A DNA stretch of 63,872 nt, the filler included, from Gonapodya sp. JEL0774 (taxonomy: Eukaryota), in the NCBI GenBank assembly GCA_027604505.1. It is 12 parts of 12 records of this genome, joined end to end, with 100 filler letters (N's around TTAATTAATTAA, not from the genome) between each part and the next. Parts side by side here need not be neighbours in the genome. Positions count along the whole stretch, not along the records: positions 58,668 to 63,872 come from JADIIX010000762.1; 11 more parts are not named here. One strand, given 5' to 3'. The notes beneath the pieces were generated by a model. That model worked only from the letters and a program-made list of their open reading frames with translations, ran no database searches and was not told where the DNA came from. Shown piece after piece: positions 62,685-63,872 of the stretch (position 1 is its first letter; each line of letters begins with the position of its first letter). A program made the translations under genes and the position numbers.

Positions 62685-63872
62685 TTCGCGATTCTAACAA
62701 AAGAATGGGAGCTGTGTCGATTCTCGTCGCTCGTTTGCAAGGACGAACAAAAGTCACAACTGTTGTAATGCAACTCACGCTCTCGCAGCACCGGTAAAAT
62801 ACCGACAGCTTAGGCCCAGACAGAGTTTATTTGTTCTCATTGATTTGCTTTCATGAAGTGCTGTGGCCGTCTTCGATCACCTGGAGGCGCTCGTCGAAAC
62901 CAATCCACTAAATATATGTGACCAATCCACTCGCCTAAGCATCCAAGGTAGACGAATCCAAAACTCAAGCACGCTCAGCTACAGCTATACGCTGCGTCCC
63001 TTTGCACCCTCTTGGTGCACCTGTATACTGGTCTAATACAAACATCTGTGAATTCTTTGCACACTTGCCAGCCCTGCGTTTTTCATACATTCATAGCTAC
63101 AGCGGCCGAACTGGCGAAACTCTATTGGCAACGGTTTTCCCGCTTGTATGCCATTCCAAACTCTTGCACGTAGATGGAGACCGTTCTAGTTTGGAATCCC
63201 AAGTCACATAACTTCAACGTCACTGTCAGACCAAACAGCAGAACTAGAGACGATTCACATTAAGCTACCGCATTCTAAGAATTTTATGAAACAAACCAGC
63301 ACGCCGTATATCTTGCCCGAACAGCCATTACGGAGGTTGAGTTCGACTGACCATCGAACTGCGGAACCGTTCGGCATGGTTGGTTGGAGTGCAGGCACGA
63401 ACCCCTGCGTACTTCCGTCCACCGCTCGAGTCACTTTGAACACTTCCGTGGTAGCAAATACAACCATTTGTTGTATTGGCTCATGGGCATTTAAATGGGA
63501 GGATTGCGCAGACGACACAACAGGAACCGTGGGTCACCGCGGTGAGAGAGCCGGTGGACCAGGGAAAGGACAGTACAGGTCACACGTGCTTTCGATGGCA
63601 AAAGTGTGGCTCACTATGGAAAAGGACCGACTGTATCCATGCGCGTCCATCCTAATGGAAGTCACTCTTTCAAGATTCGTGATTTAAGTCGTTGAGGGGT
63701 GAGTGAGTGAGAACCAGGATCCCACAAGAGCATACGAGTTTGCTGGTACCGGAAGTGGTGTGGTGTTGGTTTGTATCGCTGTTCACGGGGGCAACACGGA
63801 AAATACTTTTACCTGACCCCCTTAAGTCTTTTATCTGACCCACATCGGTACTTTTTTCTGACAGGCCAGTTT

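Noticed and set aside
1..63872. A multi-gene cluster or system spanning the window
   Set aside because: Contigs are unlinked; only neighbours within a contig are informative
63000..63872. Short ORFs (63255-63518 minus, 63286-63687 plus)
   Set aside because: No recognisable family or consistent exon chain; may be a gene fragment but cannot be supported

Overview
This window is not one locus. It is 12 unrelated contigs of about 5.2 kb, in strictly decreasing length (5262 down to 5205 bp), joined by artificial 100-bp N44-TTAATTAATTAA-N44 spacers, so synteny across spacers is meaningless. The DNA is eukaryotic and intron-rich (short introns, mostly GTGAG/GTAAG donors). Gene content suggests an early-diverging, chytrid/monoblepharid-like fungus; this is inference. 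Recognisable genes: two MFS transporters, a TLC-domain protein, a class-3 lipase, Pmp3, an aldo-keto reductase, an intronless amidohydrolase, a PB1-SH3 repeat protein, UTP22 and KRR1, a GST, a T5orf172/MUG113 protein, a Reeler-domain protein, an atypical kinase, a PTPMT1-like phosphatase, several F-box(/LRR) genes, two single-pass Ser/Thr-rich membrane proteins, a TilS-like C-terminal fragment, a DysF peroxin, pirin, gluconolactonase, a C2H2 factor, carnitine acetyltransferase and two pseudogenes. The most unusual element is a large modular, probably extracellular protein (48049-51956). It has at least four copies of an unrecognised ~130-aa beta-rich two-cysteine module joined by Pro/Ala/Thr linkers around an uncharacterised Cys-containing core domain. 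No rRNA, tRNA, CRISPR array or intact transposase was seen. Exon boundaries were read by eye and family calls come from motif recognition, not database searches.
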